Part shown: piece by piece, positions 32,610-44,752 of the stretch
Layout of the letters: each line of letters starts with the position of its first letter
Position numbering within the stretch: the stretch's first letter is position 1
DNA from: Savitreella phatthalungensis
Taxonomy: Eukaryota
Length of the DNA stretch: 64,000 nucleotides
Direction of reading: 5' to 3'
Assembly (NCBI GenBank): GCA_051599415.1
Contig: AP039695.1
Span: forward strand, 186,001 to 250,000
Notes under the pieces: model-generated
What the model was told of the DNA's origin: nothing
Database searches by the model: none
Seen by the model: the letters and a program-made list of their open reading frames with translations, nothing else
Made by a program: the position numbers and the translations under genes

Positions 32610-33392
32610 TTAGTCGTCAGCCGGCGAGTCAGGCTGATCGTCAGCAAACTCATTTGATTTTCTCGAGAGCATGCTACGCTTCGAGAAGAACGCCCTATCC
32701 GCCCGACCGAGCACCTTTCCTGCACTATCCCTCCTCGGCTCCCTTCCCTTGACGCGTGCCCCGACACCGGATTCCATCGCCACCGGCACACACGAGCCAA
32801 ACGGTCCGGCGATCGAGCGCGCCGTTCTACACCTGATCAGACAGACGTTGCCGTTTCTCGAAGCCGCGCACGGTGTAGCGTCTTTTGGAATCTCGACGGT
32901 TAGTGGGAAATCCCTTGCCCTGGCAGCCGAGAATCCCATGATCCCAGGCACGTCCTGCGTGATCGTCAGCGGTACCCAGACGTCTCCCTTGGTTGAGGAG
33001 GAGAGCTCGCAGGATACGGGACCTGCGCCGTCCTGGTTGACTTGGTGGAAGGTCATGGTGATTGGGGTTGCGGGTGCGATGGTCGGGAGTTGGTTTTGGG
33101 GGAGGGTTTTGATGAGCGCTTCGACATCGCGGTCGATGTCGATCATCCCGCTCTGCTTCGTCCAGCCGCACGGACCAGACACGCCTGACCGGATCGCACC
33201 GTCGCGGATGATGGACGAGTCACGCTGGAACGGGTTCGCTCGGCCGCCGTTACGGGGAGTCAGTGGGTCTACACCGAGACCACGGCCCTCGATGCCGTTC
33301 AGGCCTTTGATCCCGGTAATGGCGGCGTGGGCAGAGACAGTCGCTGGAATGATGACGGTCAGGGCGGCAGTGATGGTGGGAATGAGTTGCAT
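32610..33392 (-). CDS. Secreted Egh16/GAS1-like (DUF3129) protein
   Basis: ATG at 33392; signal peptide ends VSA|HAAI. Family motifs NPFQRDSSIIRD, CGWT, MTFHQVNQDGAGP, CLIRCR and AGPFGSC. TATATAAG on the minus strand at 33444-33451. Confidence 0.85.
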   Translation of the reverse strand: MQLIPTITAALTVIIPATVSAHAAITGIKGLNGIEGRGLGVDPLTPRNGGRANPFQRDSSIIRDGAIRSGVSGPCGWTKQSGMIDIDRDVEALIKTLPQNQLPTIAPATPITMTFHQVNQDGAGPVSCELSSSTKGDVWVPLTITQDVPGIMGFSAARARDFPLTVEIPKDATPCAASRNGNVCLIRCRTARSIAGPFGSCVPVAMESGVGARVKGREPRRDSAGKVLGRADRAFFSKRSMLSRKSNEFADDQPDSPADD

Positions 33393-33776
33393 GGTGAACT
33401 CGATAGGCAGGGGCACGACAGATTCGTCCGTGAAGTGGCAAGACTTATATATCGAAGACTGCATGGTAAAGAGGGAAGATAACGAGACGGGCAACGGTCG
33501 TGTTGCATCGCAGATCGAGACAATCTACGAAGGATGCTCTGATGGAGTGTGACGTCCTAGGTTTGACCAACCGGCATTGTTTTAGGGAAATGTGGCGACG
33601 GATACTGCTACATGGGATGATTCGTCGAGGCTATTTGGCCAGTGATCGATTGAGCTTGAAATTGGAGGAACTCGAAAGTGGTTTTAAATTCGATTTTCGA
33701 GTGTAAAGGACGGGATGGGACGGTCGGAGTATTGGGTATGGTCATCTTGTGATGAATGTGATGGGATATTGCTGCT

Positions 33777-35680
33777 TCAGACAACCTGTGCGTGATCGGC
33801 GGAGCCCCGACCACGACCGCCACGACCTCCACGACCTCTGCCTCCTCGTCCGCCTCTTCCACGTCCACGACCTCCTCGGCCTCCGGCTGAAAAGGCGAGA
33901 TCCTCACCAAACGTCTCCAAATTCATCTCTCGTTCTTCCTGACGCATGGCACGACCGCGTGGTTGACCTGCTTCTCTGGCAGCGGCGAGCTTGGCCGCAC
34001 GTTCTGCTCGCTCTGTCGACTCGTTCGAGAGCGAGTCGAAGAACGAGGACTTCTTGTTGTACTTAGGCTCCTCGACAGCGTCTCCCTGGCTTGCTGCAGC
34101 TTCTGAGGCGCCGTCTGTGGCAGGCTTCTCCTTGACGAATGCCGCATTCGCAGAGTCAAAATCAAAGTCCGCGTCTGGCACGACTACCGGAGCGGCAACT
34201 GCTGGCTGCGGCGGTCCACGCGGCGGCCCACGAGGAGCACCACCGGCGACACTTCCTCCACGCCGTCCACCATCATTGTGCGACCGTGCCAGAATCTGTT
34301 GCGGCTGCTGTTGTGGCTGACGCGCTCCATTGGCTGGCGGCGCTGGCTGCGATGGCGCCTTCATCTTCCGGTCTACCTCGAGCAAGGCGTTGCGCTTCGA
34401 CGGCTGCTGTGAGGCCGACAGACCTGCGACGCCTGAAGTGATAGTGTCCACAGTGGCACTGCCAGCCGCGCCAGCTGCAGCGCTTGCGAACGACAATGGC
34501 TGTGCGACGGATGCGGCCGAGTTGCGCTGGTTCGGGAGTGGCAGTGCGGGTGTGACACGGGCCTGTGAGCCTGTCTCGCCCGCAGTCTTCTGCGGCGCCT
34601 TGGCGACATCGTCTGGCAGATCTGGAAAGGCGTTCTGGGGCTGTGCGGCGAAGAAGGGAGTCTGTGAGGATGACTGTTGCGATTTCGACTCTACAGGCTT
34701 CGGTGCTTGAGCAGGAGGAGCCTGACGCTGCTGCTGCTGCTGCTGCTGAGGTGGCTGTTGAGGCTGACGGGGTGCTTCTCGTTCGGCCACCGGCTGCTGC
34801 TGCTGCTGTGGTTGTGATTGAGGGACATTTCCTCCTGCAACCTGCCCCGGGACCTGCCCAGGGTGTCCTGCAGTTCCTGGCGGTCCACGAGGTGGCATCT
34901 GCTGTCCTGGGTACGCGTACTGCCCTGGGTAGCCCTGCGGTGGCATTCCATACGGACCTGGAGCGCCGAATGGCGGCGGTGCGCCAAATTGCCCTGGGTA
35001 TCCCTGCATGGGCATACCGTATCCCTGCGGTGGTCCATACCCCGGACGTGGCCCGTACGATGCTCCCTGCTGGAGTGGCTGATGCTGCTGCTGTTGACCT
35101 GGTGGCCGATTGAGTTGCTGCTGCGGTGCTGCCGCTGCTGCGTTGGACTAAAACATGTCAGTAAGGTCTATCATCAAACAAAGACAACACGCTCCGCCGA
35201 CGGCCGGAAGAACCCTCAGAAGGAAGGCAACGGAAATATCCACAGGGGTTTTTGCGCTCTCGGACTAAAGTTTGAAAAACATCCGTGTATGCTTCATCTC
35301 TGGGCTCTTGGCGCTTCGGCTTGGACGTAAAATGTAGAATGTCGTGATCGAGATCAACTTACCTGAAGAATCGCGGGATCGTGCTGTTGAGGACGCGGTT
35401 GCTGTGGCTGCTGCTGAGGTGCCTGTGCTCCTGCTGCTGATCCTTGCTCTACACGAAGGTCTTTGACATCTGAGCCGCGGAAGACGATGTACTCGAAGAC
35501 CTGATCGCTCGGTGGAATCTCCTGACTAGGGTCACCGCCCTTGCGGCCTTCTGTGCCATAGGATACAACGTTCTCGAGTGAGACGGTGGAATTGACCGAG
35601 TCAATCTCGTGCAGAACACCGACATATCGGATATCTGACTTTGAAATGAGGGAGAGGCGCGAGCCAATATAATCTGCCAT
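33777..35680 (-). CDS. SCD6: Scd6/Sum2/Lsm14 mRNA decapping activator; exons 35680-35363 and 35147-33777
   Basis: Lsm domain YIGSRLSLISKSDIRYVGVLHEID, then DFDF, FFD box (YNKKSSFFDSLS), TFG box (NLETFG) and an RGG tail. Intron 35362-35148 (GTAAGT...TACTGAC...TTTTAG) joins the exons in frame. Confidence 0.95.
35208..35309 (-). ncRNA. Intronic box C/D snoRNA, snR52-like, predicted guide for 18S rRNA Am420 (yeast numbering)
   Basis: Terminal stem AAGAGCCC/GGGUUCUU, box C variant GAGAUGA, D' CCGA and box D CUGA. The 12-nt element GUUGCCUUCCUU just before box D pairs with 18S AAGGAAGGCAGC (one G-U). Confidence 0.85.
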
Positions 35681-37565
35681 GTCGAGGTTCGGGTGAGGGT
35701 ATAGGTAGGACGTGTATGATTCTTCAAGTAAAGAATTGAAGACGTAGGCAGAGAACTTGGAGTGAAACTTTGTCGAATGTCACTTGATCGTTATGGAGTG
35801 GCCTATCGTGAGCCCTTCCTATCAGTGTTTACAATGAGCAGAGCCGATGGCGAGCTTGTACCGCGGCTATTGCGTGTATGTAGGCTGACGTGTAGACTAC
35901 ACTGAGCTGTACTGGATTGAATTGGCTCGAGAGGTTGGTGAACTGGACTCGTGCGCTACAACGATGGTTGCTCTACGGCTCAACGCTCAGACTTTGACTT
36001 CTCACTGTCAATCTAGAACTCAGAACTCGAGATTCATGCGCTGTAGTGCAGCATCTCACGACAGCAGAAGGATATTCTACAATTGGCATATGCATGTAAG
36101 AAATGCTGTGGCTGACTGTGGCTAAGTAATTCAGCCAATTCAAATTGATTGCACATGTTGCACTGCCCAGGGCTGTCCAGCACAGTGCTGTGCTCCAGCG
36201 AGCTGCACTGTTATGCACACTGCTCAAGGCTTCACTGCGCTGCAATGGGCTGCACTGCACTGTGCGTGCAATTTCAACTATGCTAGCAATTAACATGTGC
36301 AAATTCCGACATGCAGTAGATCGTGGCTTGAACAACAGTTTCTTTCCCTTTCACGAGTCGATGAGTTCTGCAAGGTATATACTCTGGATTCGAGCTGTGG
36401 TTGATCTATAGAATACAGTACTGAACGATTCAAATCTTGTGCATTAGAGGAGACGATCGAGTGGATGCTTCATGCACGCTGATCAGCATGCACTCTCTCT
36501 TTTTCGCACTTCAGGAGACTGTAGCTATATAGACACTTCCATTGTCGAGTGACTGCCATCACGTGGTGTGACAGCATAGCAATCTACTTGAAACGTCGTG
36601 TTTCAGATTGATTGAGTGTTCGTTCGTGTTTTCTATCAAATGTCGTCATTGTACTCTGAATGCAAGTGGCAAATAGCAAGATGAAACGTCAAGTATGCTC
36701 TTGCTGGTAGAACGATACTGATTCGACGAGCAGAGCAAGTACAGTATAAATCCTAACCTCAATCACTCGACTTCGTGACTATTCACACATCACGTCAGAC
36801 ATCACGAAAGTCCGCGCTGTTCCCTGCTCCTCACGTGTCATGTTCTTGAGCAGGAGAACACTGTCCAAGGCACTTTCGTGCATCCGCGGGCGCAGTCTGT
36901 CAAGCATCTCCATTGTAGACGCTTGAGTCTCGATCTGAACTGCCGATCTGTGCTACCGCGTCAATTTGAGAGTGCAAACCCGTTCAGTACTCCACAACGT
37001 CAGAAGAATCACTCTCTGAGACTGCAACATTTGTCCCAAGATCCGAGTACACTTACCTCCCCTGCTGCTGCCTTAACTGCATGCCTGGCTGCTCGGAAGA
37101 AAGAGACAAAAATTTAGACAAATTGCAACTTGCTGATCGATCGATCTACACTCATCTGATCTGGATTGATTCTCTAATCCAATTGCTTGATCCTCTCTCA
37201 GACTGTTTGGAATTCACGCGCACCTGCACTAAGTTTTCCCCCAGGTCTCAATCTCCGCAAAAACAACGACGGCACAAAGCACAGTGTTAGCACCGAATCA
37301 GCAAATGGTATAGCAGTATCTGCTAGGTGAAATCCGCTACGAATACGTACACACGCACTCACACTCACGCACGAAACAAACGCACGCTTCAGCGTCTTAT
37401 AGTCAGACGACCTAACCCTCGAATACCTTCTCGTCCTCGATCAGAACCCCATTTTCCAAGCACGATCACTTGTCAAGTGCTCTGCTCATCAATCAAAACA
37501 CCCTTCTGGACAACGGCTACAGCCACTCGCAGGACCGAACCGGACGACCGAGAGGTTGAGCGAGC

Positions 37566-39077
37566 ATGAACGGCGTCGACCGCGTCTTCGTGTCTGCCTT
37601 GAACACGGTAAAGCGGCTTCCTACTCATCCAGGCGCACCAAAGCCGCCGCTTGAAGACCGTCTGTTACTGTATGGACTGTTCAAGCAGAGCATGGAGGGC
37701 GATGTGCCGGAATTTATCGCTGCCCAGCTCGACCATCCTGCTCCACCTGCCTCATCTGCACGTGGGTCTACTCGGCCTTCTGTGACAGGTAGCAATTCTG
37801 CTCGCCAGCAGTTGGGCGGAGAAGATGATGAAGGTGGAAGTGGTAGCGGAGGTGGTGACGACGGCAGCCGGGAAAAGATCGGGGCGTGGCTTGCGCAGAA
37901 GGGAACGTCGCGACATGAGGCGAAGCGTTTGTATATCACGACGCTGCTGCGTTCCATGCGACAGTATGGTTCACAGACTGCGACAGCTCGAGCTCTGATC
38001 GACGAGCTCGACTTTGTGTGGCAGCAGGTGCGTGCATCGGAGGGCAGCGGTTCGGACGACGACGATGGTCTGTCGCATGCAGATTCAGGAGAACTCGGTG
38101 CTTCACCGATTCGGACGCGCGCCTCATCACGGGATGCCGTGCAAAGACAGCAGCGTCGCCGGCGGAGACGTGGTCCACATGACGATGAGGATGACGACGA
38201 GGAGAACGATGAAGGCGACGAGGGTGAAGCTGAGCTTGTGCGGGAGAATGGAGAGGATCTTGATGAAGAGGAACTTGGATTCGCACCGCCGAACGTGTAC
38301 CGGACTGCTCCTCATTCGCCAGCTCGGCGCGGGCTTGGTGGAGCAGAAGACGACGATTTGGCTGGTGACCTGGCTGCGCTACGTGACGAGCTGACGATGT
38401 CTCGGATGCGCCAAGCGGCTGACGACGTTGCTGGTGACGGCGCGCCTGGTGACACGGATGGGAAGTGGCGCGCTCGAGTGGAGCTCGCCCTCCAGCACCT
38501 CCGGGCGGAACTCGCAGGCGTCAGGGAAACCATGGTCGACACATCCTCACCAGACCACACACGCTCACGAACCTCTCACAACCCACTAGCAGCAGCAGCC
38601 GCCAGACTACACCCCTCACACGCCTCACCACATCACCGCAACGCAGGCGCAGGCAGAGGCCTCTCACACGCTCACGCGTACTCCGTCACGGACGCGCTGG
38701 CAGCCACTCTCTCGCCCGTTGCGCTCGGTCGAGGTGTTGGTCGGGGTGGTGTCGGTGGTGGTGATCGAGGTGGTGGTGTTGGTGGTGGTGTTGGTGGATG
38801 GCGGTCATGGCGATTGAGTGATCTAGGTCGCGGGAGGACGTACCACCTGTTGCTTTCTGCCATCGTCCGACGTGCCTTCTTCCTCGTCCGACTCACCACC
38901 GCAGTACTCCTGTACGACCTCCTCTTCGGTCTCTGCATCTGGTACTACCTCTGGCTCAGAGACGACCCTCGCGCCTCAATCATCGAGTTCGCAGCCAAAG
39001 GCGCACTCAAGACCCTCACCACCAAACTCAAATTACGCGTCAGAAAAGCACCTAGAGCAATCGCCGACAGGCGATAA
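37566..39077 (+). CDS. Acyl-CoA-binding domain protein with C-terminal TM (Atg37/ACBD5-like)
   Basis: ACB domain VDRVFVSALNTVK...LLLYGLFKQSMEGD...KIGAW..KG.SR.EAKRLYI; acidic linker, short coiled coil, C-terminal hydrophobic segment. Confidence 0.85.
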   Translation: MNGVDRVFVSALNTVKRLPTHPGAPKPPLEDRLLLYGLFKQSMEGDVPEFIAAQLDHPAPPASSARGSTRPSVTGSNSARQQLGGEDDEGGSGSGGGDDGSREKIGAWLAQKGTSRHEAKRLYITTLLRSMRQYGSQTATARALIDELDFVWQQVRASEGSGSDDDDGLSHADSGELGASPIRTRASSRDAVQRQQRRRRRRGPHDDEDDDEENDEGDEGEAELVRENGEDLDEEELGFAPPNVYRTAPHSPARRGLGGAEDDDLAGDLAALRDELTMSRMRQAADDVAGDGAPGDTDGKWRARVELALQHLRAELAGVRETMVDTSSPDHTRSRTSHNPLAAAAARLHPSHASPHHRNAGAGRGLSHAHAYSVTDALAATLSPVALGRGVGRGGVGGGDRGGGVGGGVGGWRSWRLSDLGRGRTYHLLLSAIVRRAFFLVRLTTAVLLYDLLFGLCIWYYLWLRDDPRASIIEFAAKGALKTLTTKLKLRVRKAPRAIADRR

Positions 39078-39196
39078 CCTCCTTTGTGACCACTACAACG
39101 ACCTTTAGCAGTAGACACGAACACCTTTTATCTACATCCACATTCACATCTATTTGTGTTATTTGGATTTACAAGTGCGGCTAGACTTACGTACGT

Positions 39197-41320
39197 CTAG
39201 TGGTTGTCTCTCGGAAGACCTTGGGTTTGAGCGATCCGCTGGTAATCTGTTGCCGAGCGTAACGTCATGCCTTTGGAGAGCGGTTGTACGAGTGATCTGA
39301 AGATTTCCTGCCATGGTGTTTGTGAGGGTGGAGCTCCGGGGAACATGCCGTCGTTGTGTTTGGTGGCTGGGGGTGCTGATGGATTTGCGGTGATGCGCGC
39401 TTGGAGGATCTGTCTTCTTGCTTGGAGCTCGTGCTCCGGAATGAGAATGTCGACACGGCATTTGAGGAGATCGACTCGGATGAGGTCGCCTGATTTGACA
39501 ATCGCCAAACCGGATGTCGGGTCTGCTGCTTCGGGAGAGGCGTTCAGGATGGCAGGCGTGCCTGAAGTGCCACTCTGTCGACCGTCGCCGATACATGGGA
39601 GTGAGCGCACACCTTGCTTGAGTAGGCGTGCTGGCGGCTGCATGTTGACGACCTCAGCAGCACCAGGGTAGCCTAGCGGTCCTGCACCACGCATGATCAG
39701 CACCGTGTACGCATCGATCTCCGGGATAGAGTCAATGTTCTGGTGGTAGTCTTCGGGTCCGTCAAATACCACACAACGCGCCTCAAATGCCATGGGGTCG
39801 TTCGGGTTACGCAGGTACCGCTTGTGGAATTCTTCGGAGATGACACACGTCTTCATGATCGCGCTGTCGAAGAGATTGCCACCGAGGTTGAGGAAGCCAG
39901 CGTCCTTGACAAGCGGTTTGTCGTAGGGAAGAATGACGTCGCGATTCCATGAGAATCTGCCGCGGCAGTGGTTGCCGATCGGTTGGCCTGTGACTGTCAT
40001 CGCTTCCGTGCGAAGCTCGTTATTTGCATCGAGCTCTGCGAGGACGGCAGGCAGGCCGCCGGCGCGATGGTACTCCTCGCCGAGGTATTTGCCCGCAGGC
40101 TGAACGTTCACTAGTAGTGGGATGTGGTGTCCCCATGTCTGCCAGTCGTCGTTCGTCAGGGGTACACCAATGTGGTGTGCGACGGCATTGAGATGAATCG
40201 GCGCGTTGGTTGAGCCGCCGATGGCAGCATTCGCCTTGACGGCGTTCTCGAAAGAGGCGCGCGTGAGAATATCGCTCGGCTTAAGATCCTCCCAGACCAT
40301 ATCGACGATGCGCTCACCCGTGAGGTATGCCATCTGACCACGCTCGCGGTAAGGTGCTGGAATAGCAGCTGAGGCAGGCAGTGCCATGCCGAGGGCTTCG
40401 GCAAGCGCATTCATTGTTGATGCGGTGCCCATGGTGTTGCAGTGGCCGACGCTGGGCGCCGAAGACCCCACGATGTCCATGAACTGGCTGTAGTCGATGT
40501 CTCCTGCGGCGTGCCGTTCACGTGACTCCCAGACGATCGTGCCACTGCCGGTGAGACGGTCCTGCCAATATCCGTTGAGCATGGGTCCGACGTTGAGGAC
40601 GATGGCCGGGATGTTGATGGTGGCTGCAGCCATGAGCATGGCAGGCGTCGTCTTGTCGCAGCCTGTGAGGAGGACGACGCCGTCTAGCGGGTAACCGTAG
40701 AGGATCTCGACGAGCCCGAGGTAGGAGAGGTTGCGGTCGAGCGAGGCGGTAGGCCGCTTGCCGGTCTCCTGGATGGGATGACAGGGGAACTCCATGGCAA
40801 TGCCACCTGCTGTGCGAATACCCTCGCGTACGCGCTCTGCCAGAGTCAGGTGGTGGCGATTGCATGGGGACAAATCAGATCCTGTCTGAGCGATGCCGAT
40901 GATTGGCTTGCCTGATTGAAGCTCCGGTATTGTTAGACCGAAGTTGAGATAGCGTTCGAGGTAGAGGGCTGTCATGCCTGGATTGTCGTGGTTATTGAAC
41001 CATTTGAGGGAGCGGAGATCCTTTGGCCGTATGACTTTTGGTCTGCCTGACTTTGTGTGTCCGAGTCCGGGAACTGTGGCGATGCCATGACTAGTGAGAC
41101 TGGTGCTGTCCGTGTGCCCGTTTGTATGGCCGTTAAGGTGTCCATTGGCTCTGGCAGTGGCGCTCTCTGCGAGAAGCTGCTGTACGAGGGCTTCTGCCTT
41201 TGCCGCTCGCTCCTGAGCAGACACGAGATCCTGCCGCAGCGCTGGAAGGGTATCCTCAATGTCCCTTGGGGCGGCGCGGTCGCATGAGCATCCTTCACAC
41301 TTGTTGGCGCATCCAGCCAT
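39197..41320 (-). CDS. IlvD/Edd-family dehydratase, sugar-acid (xylonate dehydratase XylD-like) subgroup
   Basis: Motifs [48 protein letters not shown] and ILNASPEA; C-terminal PRDNH. Confidence 0.92.
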   Translation of the reverse strand: MAGCANKCEGCSCDRAAPRDIEDTLPALRQDLVSAQERAAKAEALVQQLLAESATARANGHLNGHTNGHTDSTSLTSHGIATVPGLGHTKSGRPKVIRPKDLRSLKWFNNHDNPGMTALYLERYLNFGLTIPELQSGKPIIGIAQTGSDLSPCNRHHLTLAERVREGIRTAGGIAMEFPCHPIQETGKRPTASLDRNLSYLGLVEILYGYPLDGVVLLTGCDKTTPAMLMAAATINIPAIVLNVGPMLNGYWQDRLTGSGTIVWESRERHAAGDIDYSQFMDIVGSSAPSVGHCNTMGTASTMNALAEALGMALPASAAIPAPYRERGQMAYLTGERIVDMVWEDLKPSDILTRASFENAVKANAAIGGSTNAPIHLNAVAHHIGVPLTNDDWQTWGHHIPLLVNVQPAGKYLGEEYHRAGGLPAVLAELDANNELRTEAMTVTGQPIGNHCRGRFSWNRDVILPYDKPLVKDAGFLNLGGNLFDSAIMKTCVISEEFHKRYLRNPNDPMAFEARCVVFDGPEDYHQNIDSIPEIDAYTVLIMRGAGPLGYPGAAEVVNMQPPARLLKQGVRSLPCIGDGRQSGTSGTPAILNASPEAADPTSGLAIVKSGDLIRVDLLKCRVDILIPEHELQARRQILQARITANPSAPPATKHNDGMFPGAPPSQTPWQEIFRSLVQPLSKGMTLRSATDYQRIAQTQGLPRDNH

Positions 41321-41625
41321 GATGCTCGGGGGAGTTCAGCCAAGAGCCAGGCAGAGTAGCGGAGATCAGTTAATTCTGAGGAACAAGATGTACTTATAAA
41401 AAGCGTGACTATGGGGAGTACGAGTGGAGGCGAGTGGAGGCGAGTTTATTCAAAGGAGATGACTGACTCGTGAAAGAGTACAAGTTGGTTGAACGATGGG
41501 AGAGCGCGGGAGAGGGATGAGGGAGATAGGTGGACTCCAGGATGATGATTGAGACCCTAAGTCAACTTAAGCGCATAGTCTGACTTCCATTTAAGGTCCG
41601 AGACTTGGAACTTGAGACTTGGAGA

Positions 41626-41659
41626 CTGATGCTGATGCTGATGCTGATGCTGATGCTGA
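41626..41659. repeat. (CTGATG)n hexanucleotide repeat
   Basis: About 5.5 tandem units in intergenic DNA. Confidence 0.85.
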
Positions 41660-42526
41660 GTACTTGCTTGACTTGTGAAGAACATACTCGCTCCCGTGGA
41701 GGAATTTGCCGATTTGCCCGCGCTGATTGTTTGTGCGGGATGGATGACCTCCAGGGCAAGCGAGTTGATAAGAAAAGAGAGAAGAGAAGAGAAGAGAGAA
41801 AGAGAACGAGAAAAGAGTATTGGAACGTACGTATGTTTGTACGGCTTGACTGTGCTTGGCTTGTTCTTCTCCATCAAAATAGATCTACTCAATCTGAACT
41901 TGGTGTGAAGATCGAGTTTTCTATTTTATCTTGTGCGAGGGATCGAGAACGATCATCAGTGAGGGATTGTTGAAATTACCCGGTCTTGGCCTTGATTAGA
42001 TTGACAATCTTGTTTTGGAAGAAAGGTTCAAAATGTGGGGGTGAAGGTGAAGTATTCTATTTTAAACTGGAATCTAATCAAATCTAATCAAATCTAATCA
42101 ATCAAACCTAGATTTAAATTCGAAACAGATTAGCATATATAATTCATGAATTACTTGATATCGTTTCACTTTGATTGATACCCAGGGTTGTATTGTCACA
42201 TGTCAATTCGATCTCTCTCCATCATCATACTACAGCTCTCCATTGTACGACCAGAGGCAATCATCTTCGCCACTTGTATAGACAGGCCTCGTATCTCGAA
42301 AGAGTGAAACATATCCAGTCTAGATTTGACCTTACCACACGTTCTGCAACGGAATTCAAGGAGCGAGACCGATGACTGACTTCTGAAGCTTCCAACGTTG
42401 CATAATCACACGCGACAGTCACAACATCAGAATCACGTTGGCACGCCTCCTCACCCTTCCGTGTTACATCCTTGCCACAGAATTTCAAAACACTATTGGA
42501 TCAAGAAGAGTAGACTATCTCTATGC

Positions 42527-43048
42527 TCATGTCGACCTGAAATCTGAAGAAGCCTTCTTGAACATATCGTCAACTTTCTGTCCTTCTGCCTCGATCTTTG
42601 GTTGGAGTGCTGGTTGGACCTTTGTCTTGAGCTGGTTTGTGAGCGTGAGGGTTGACTCTGTGAGTTGGTCGAGTGATGTCTGTACTCTTGGCCTGAAGAT
42701 TCTCGGGAATGCGGATTTCTTCTGGACGACTGCATCCAGAGTTGCCTGGAGGTCTGGAATCAGTCCCTCGACGGCTGTGAGGATCTTCTGCGACTCGTCG
42801 TCAGGCAAGCTCGACAACGCGTTCGCATCCGAAGCCATCTGCTTCATCGCCGACGTCACGCGCCCGGAAGCAGAAGACACAGACGCCGTTCCAGCCAACC
42901 CGCCAGAGTAACCTTGCGTCGTACTCGTCATCGCCTTGATCGAGGTCTGCAGCTGTGTGAAATCGTTCAGGAGCTTGTTTGCATCCTGTGCGAGGACGAT
43001 CGATGCCGCAGTTGCGAGGAGCGCGATGGTTCTGATGACAACCTGCAT
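42527..43048 (-). CDS. Secreted helical protein, HsbA/cell-wall mannoprotein 1-like
   Basis: ATG at 43048; signal peptide MQVVIRTIALLATAASIVLA; amphipathic helices with LPDDESQKIL...TLDAVVQKKSAF, a pattern typical of HsbA. Confidence 0.72.
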   Translation of the reverse strand: MQVVIRTIALLATAASIVLAQDANKLLNDFTQLQTSIKAMTSTTQGYSGGLAGTASVSSASGRVTSAMKQMASDANALSSLPDDESQKILTAVEGLIPDLQATLDAVVQKKSAFPRIFRPRVQTSLDQLTESTLTLTNQLKTKVQPALQPKIEAEGQKVDDMFKKASSDFRST

Positions 43049-43679
43049 CGCGCGTAGAAGCCAAGGTCTAGTGGAACACCCTGACAAACGGATAGGTCTG
43101 CCGTTTTGTACAATTCCGGCTGCCACACACGCTGCATCAAGGGACACTGAATCATTCACGCACAACGGTTTGCGCTGCACTCACCGCTCACCACAAGTCA
43201 AATGCGACACACACCAACATCTGGACCACTCAATGTTTCGCGATGCCTTGCATCGGCATCTGAAAGAGTCATTGCAAGGGCGGCAAATGTACAGTCGAAA
43301 CCGATGAAGCATCTTAGCCGTGGCGGAGACGCCCTGGCAGATAGAGCTGCAGATGCCGAGCATCGGATTCGACCTACTTTTCAATGGGCTGCAGAAAACA
43401 ATGGTTGGGAAGTAAGTGATAATGAAGGTAATGATAATCATGAAGGTATTGACAATCAGGGTTGGATGCGACACTTTCTAATGAGTATTTTGTCTGTCTG
43501 TCTGTCTCCTTATTGCAGGGACTAGTGTGGGATGGGTATGGGATGAAGGGATCAGAGTCGGATGAGGGTTTGGTCGTGGCAGTGGCAATGTCTGTCGGTA
43601 GGGGAGAATCCCGAGAGGTTCCAGGGACACGCTGAACGTAGCGGCCTGCGGGTGTGAACGCTGTTTGGTGGGTTTAGAT

Positions 43680-44256
43680 CTAGCATGTGACGCCCTCAGT
43701 CGCCTTGGTGTTGAGGAGGAGGGCGACGATAAGTCCGTAGAGACCTAGCACCTCAGAGAAAATGAGGATGAGGATCATACCGACGAAGAGACGGGGCTGC
43801 TGTGCGACACCACGTACGCCTGCGTCACCGACAATGCCGATTGCGAAGCCAGCTGCAAGACCAGCCAGACCGACAGAGAGACCTGCACCGAGCTGGATGA
43901 AGCCGGTGTAGAGCGCCTGCTTCTGTGCCAGACCGTCCGACACCAGCACAGACACGACCAGTCCGTAAATGGCAATAATACCAGCCATGACGACGGGCAC
44001 GACGCACTTCATGATCTATAGTCGAATGTTAGTGTCTGTGTCACGCGAGAGACAAAAGCTTGAGCTCAGAGTGTGTATGCAAGTGAGCAAAAGATGAAGG
44101 ACTTACCAAGTCTGGGCGGAGAACACCCATGGCACTGATACCGACGCCTGACTTTGCTGTGCCGTAAGCTGCGCCGAAGCAGGAGAAGACGATGGCAGCT
44201 GTGCAGCCCATTGCGCCAAAGAAGGGTGCGTAGACTGGGCAAAGATCGGTAGACAT
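43680..44256 (-). CDS. VMA3: V-ATPase V0 proteolipid subunit c; exons 44256-44107 and 44015-43680
   Basis: [17 protein letters not shown]...GTAKSGVGI...RPDL joined to [19 protein letters not shown]...[14 protein letters not shown]. Intron 44106-44016 is GTAAGT...CTAAC...TAG. Confidence 0.97.
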
Positions 44257-44752
44257 GATCAAGCTCGCTCGGTAAAGAGGAAAGAAAGGTTGTGTTGGTG
44301 ATGGAGGAGAGATTGAGAAGGAAAAGGTTGCTGGCTAGAGCTAATTAGGATGAAGCGCGCACACTTTAAATCTAGCGTCTGATGACCCTGAATAACAGTC
44401 TGCTTCGAGGAGACGTTGTTGGAAAGGATGAGGGCTGTGTGAGTAAGAGTGAGTTGTGAGCGTGGGTGTAGAGTTAGCTGACGTCGTCGATGCGTTCGTT
44501 CCACTCTGTCGCGAATGTTGGTTGATTGCAGGACACGTGTATACGGAGGTCTAGATGGAAGAATGCACAAATTGCTATCAGACTTGAATTTATGTAAATT
44601 GTGGCTTAACCCTAAGTTGAGGCGTAGACCTGTCGCCACACCCGCTGTCTGATTCTGTGGCTTATGCAGTGACAAATTTGGATTTTGTAGAGGGCGATGC
44701 ACGTGAAGGCTGTCCAACATGCTGGGCTGAATATTCACAGCAATGTCCCTTG

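Noticed and set aside
32671..33552. 293-aa plus-strand ORF
   Set aside because: Antisense to the Egh16-like gene; no independent protein features.
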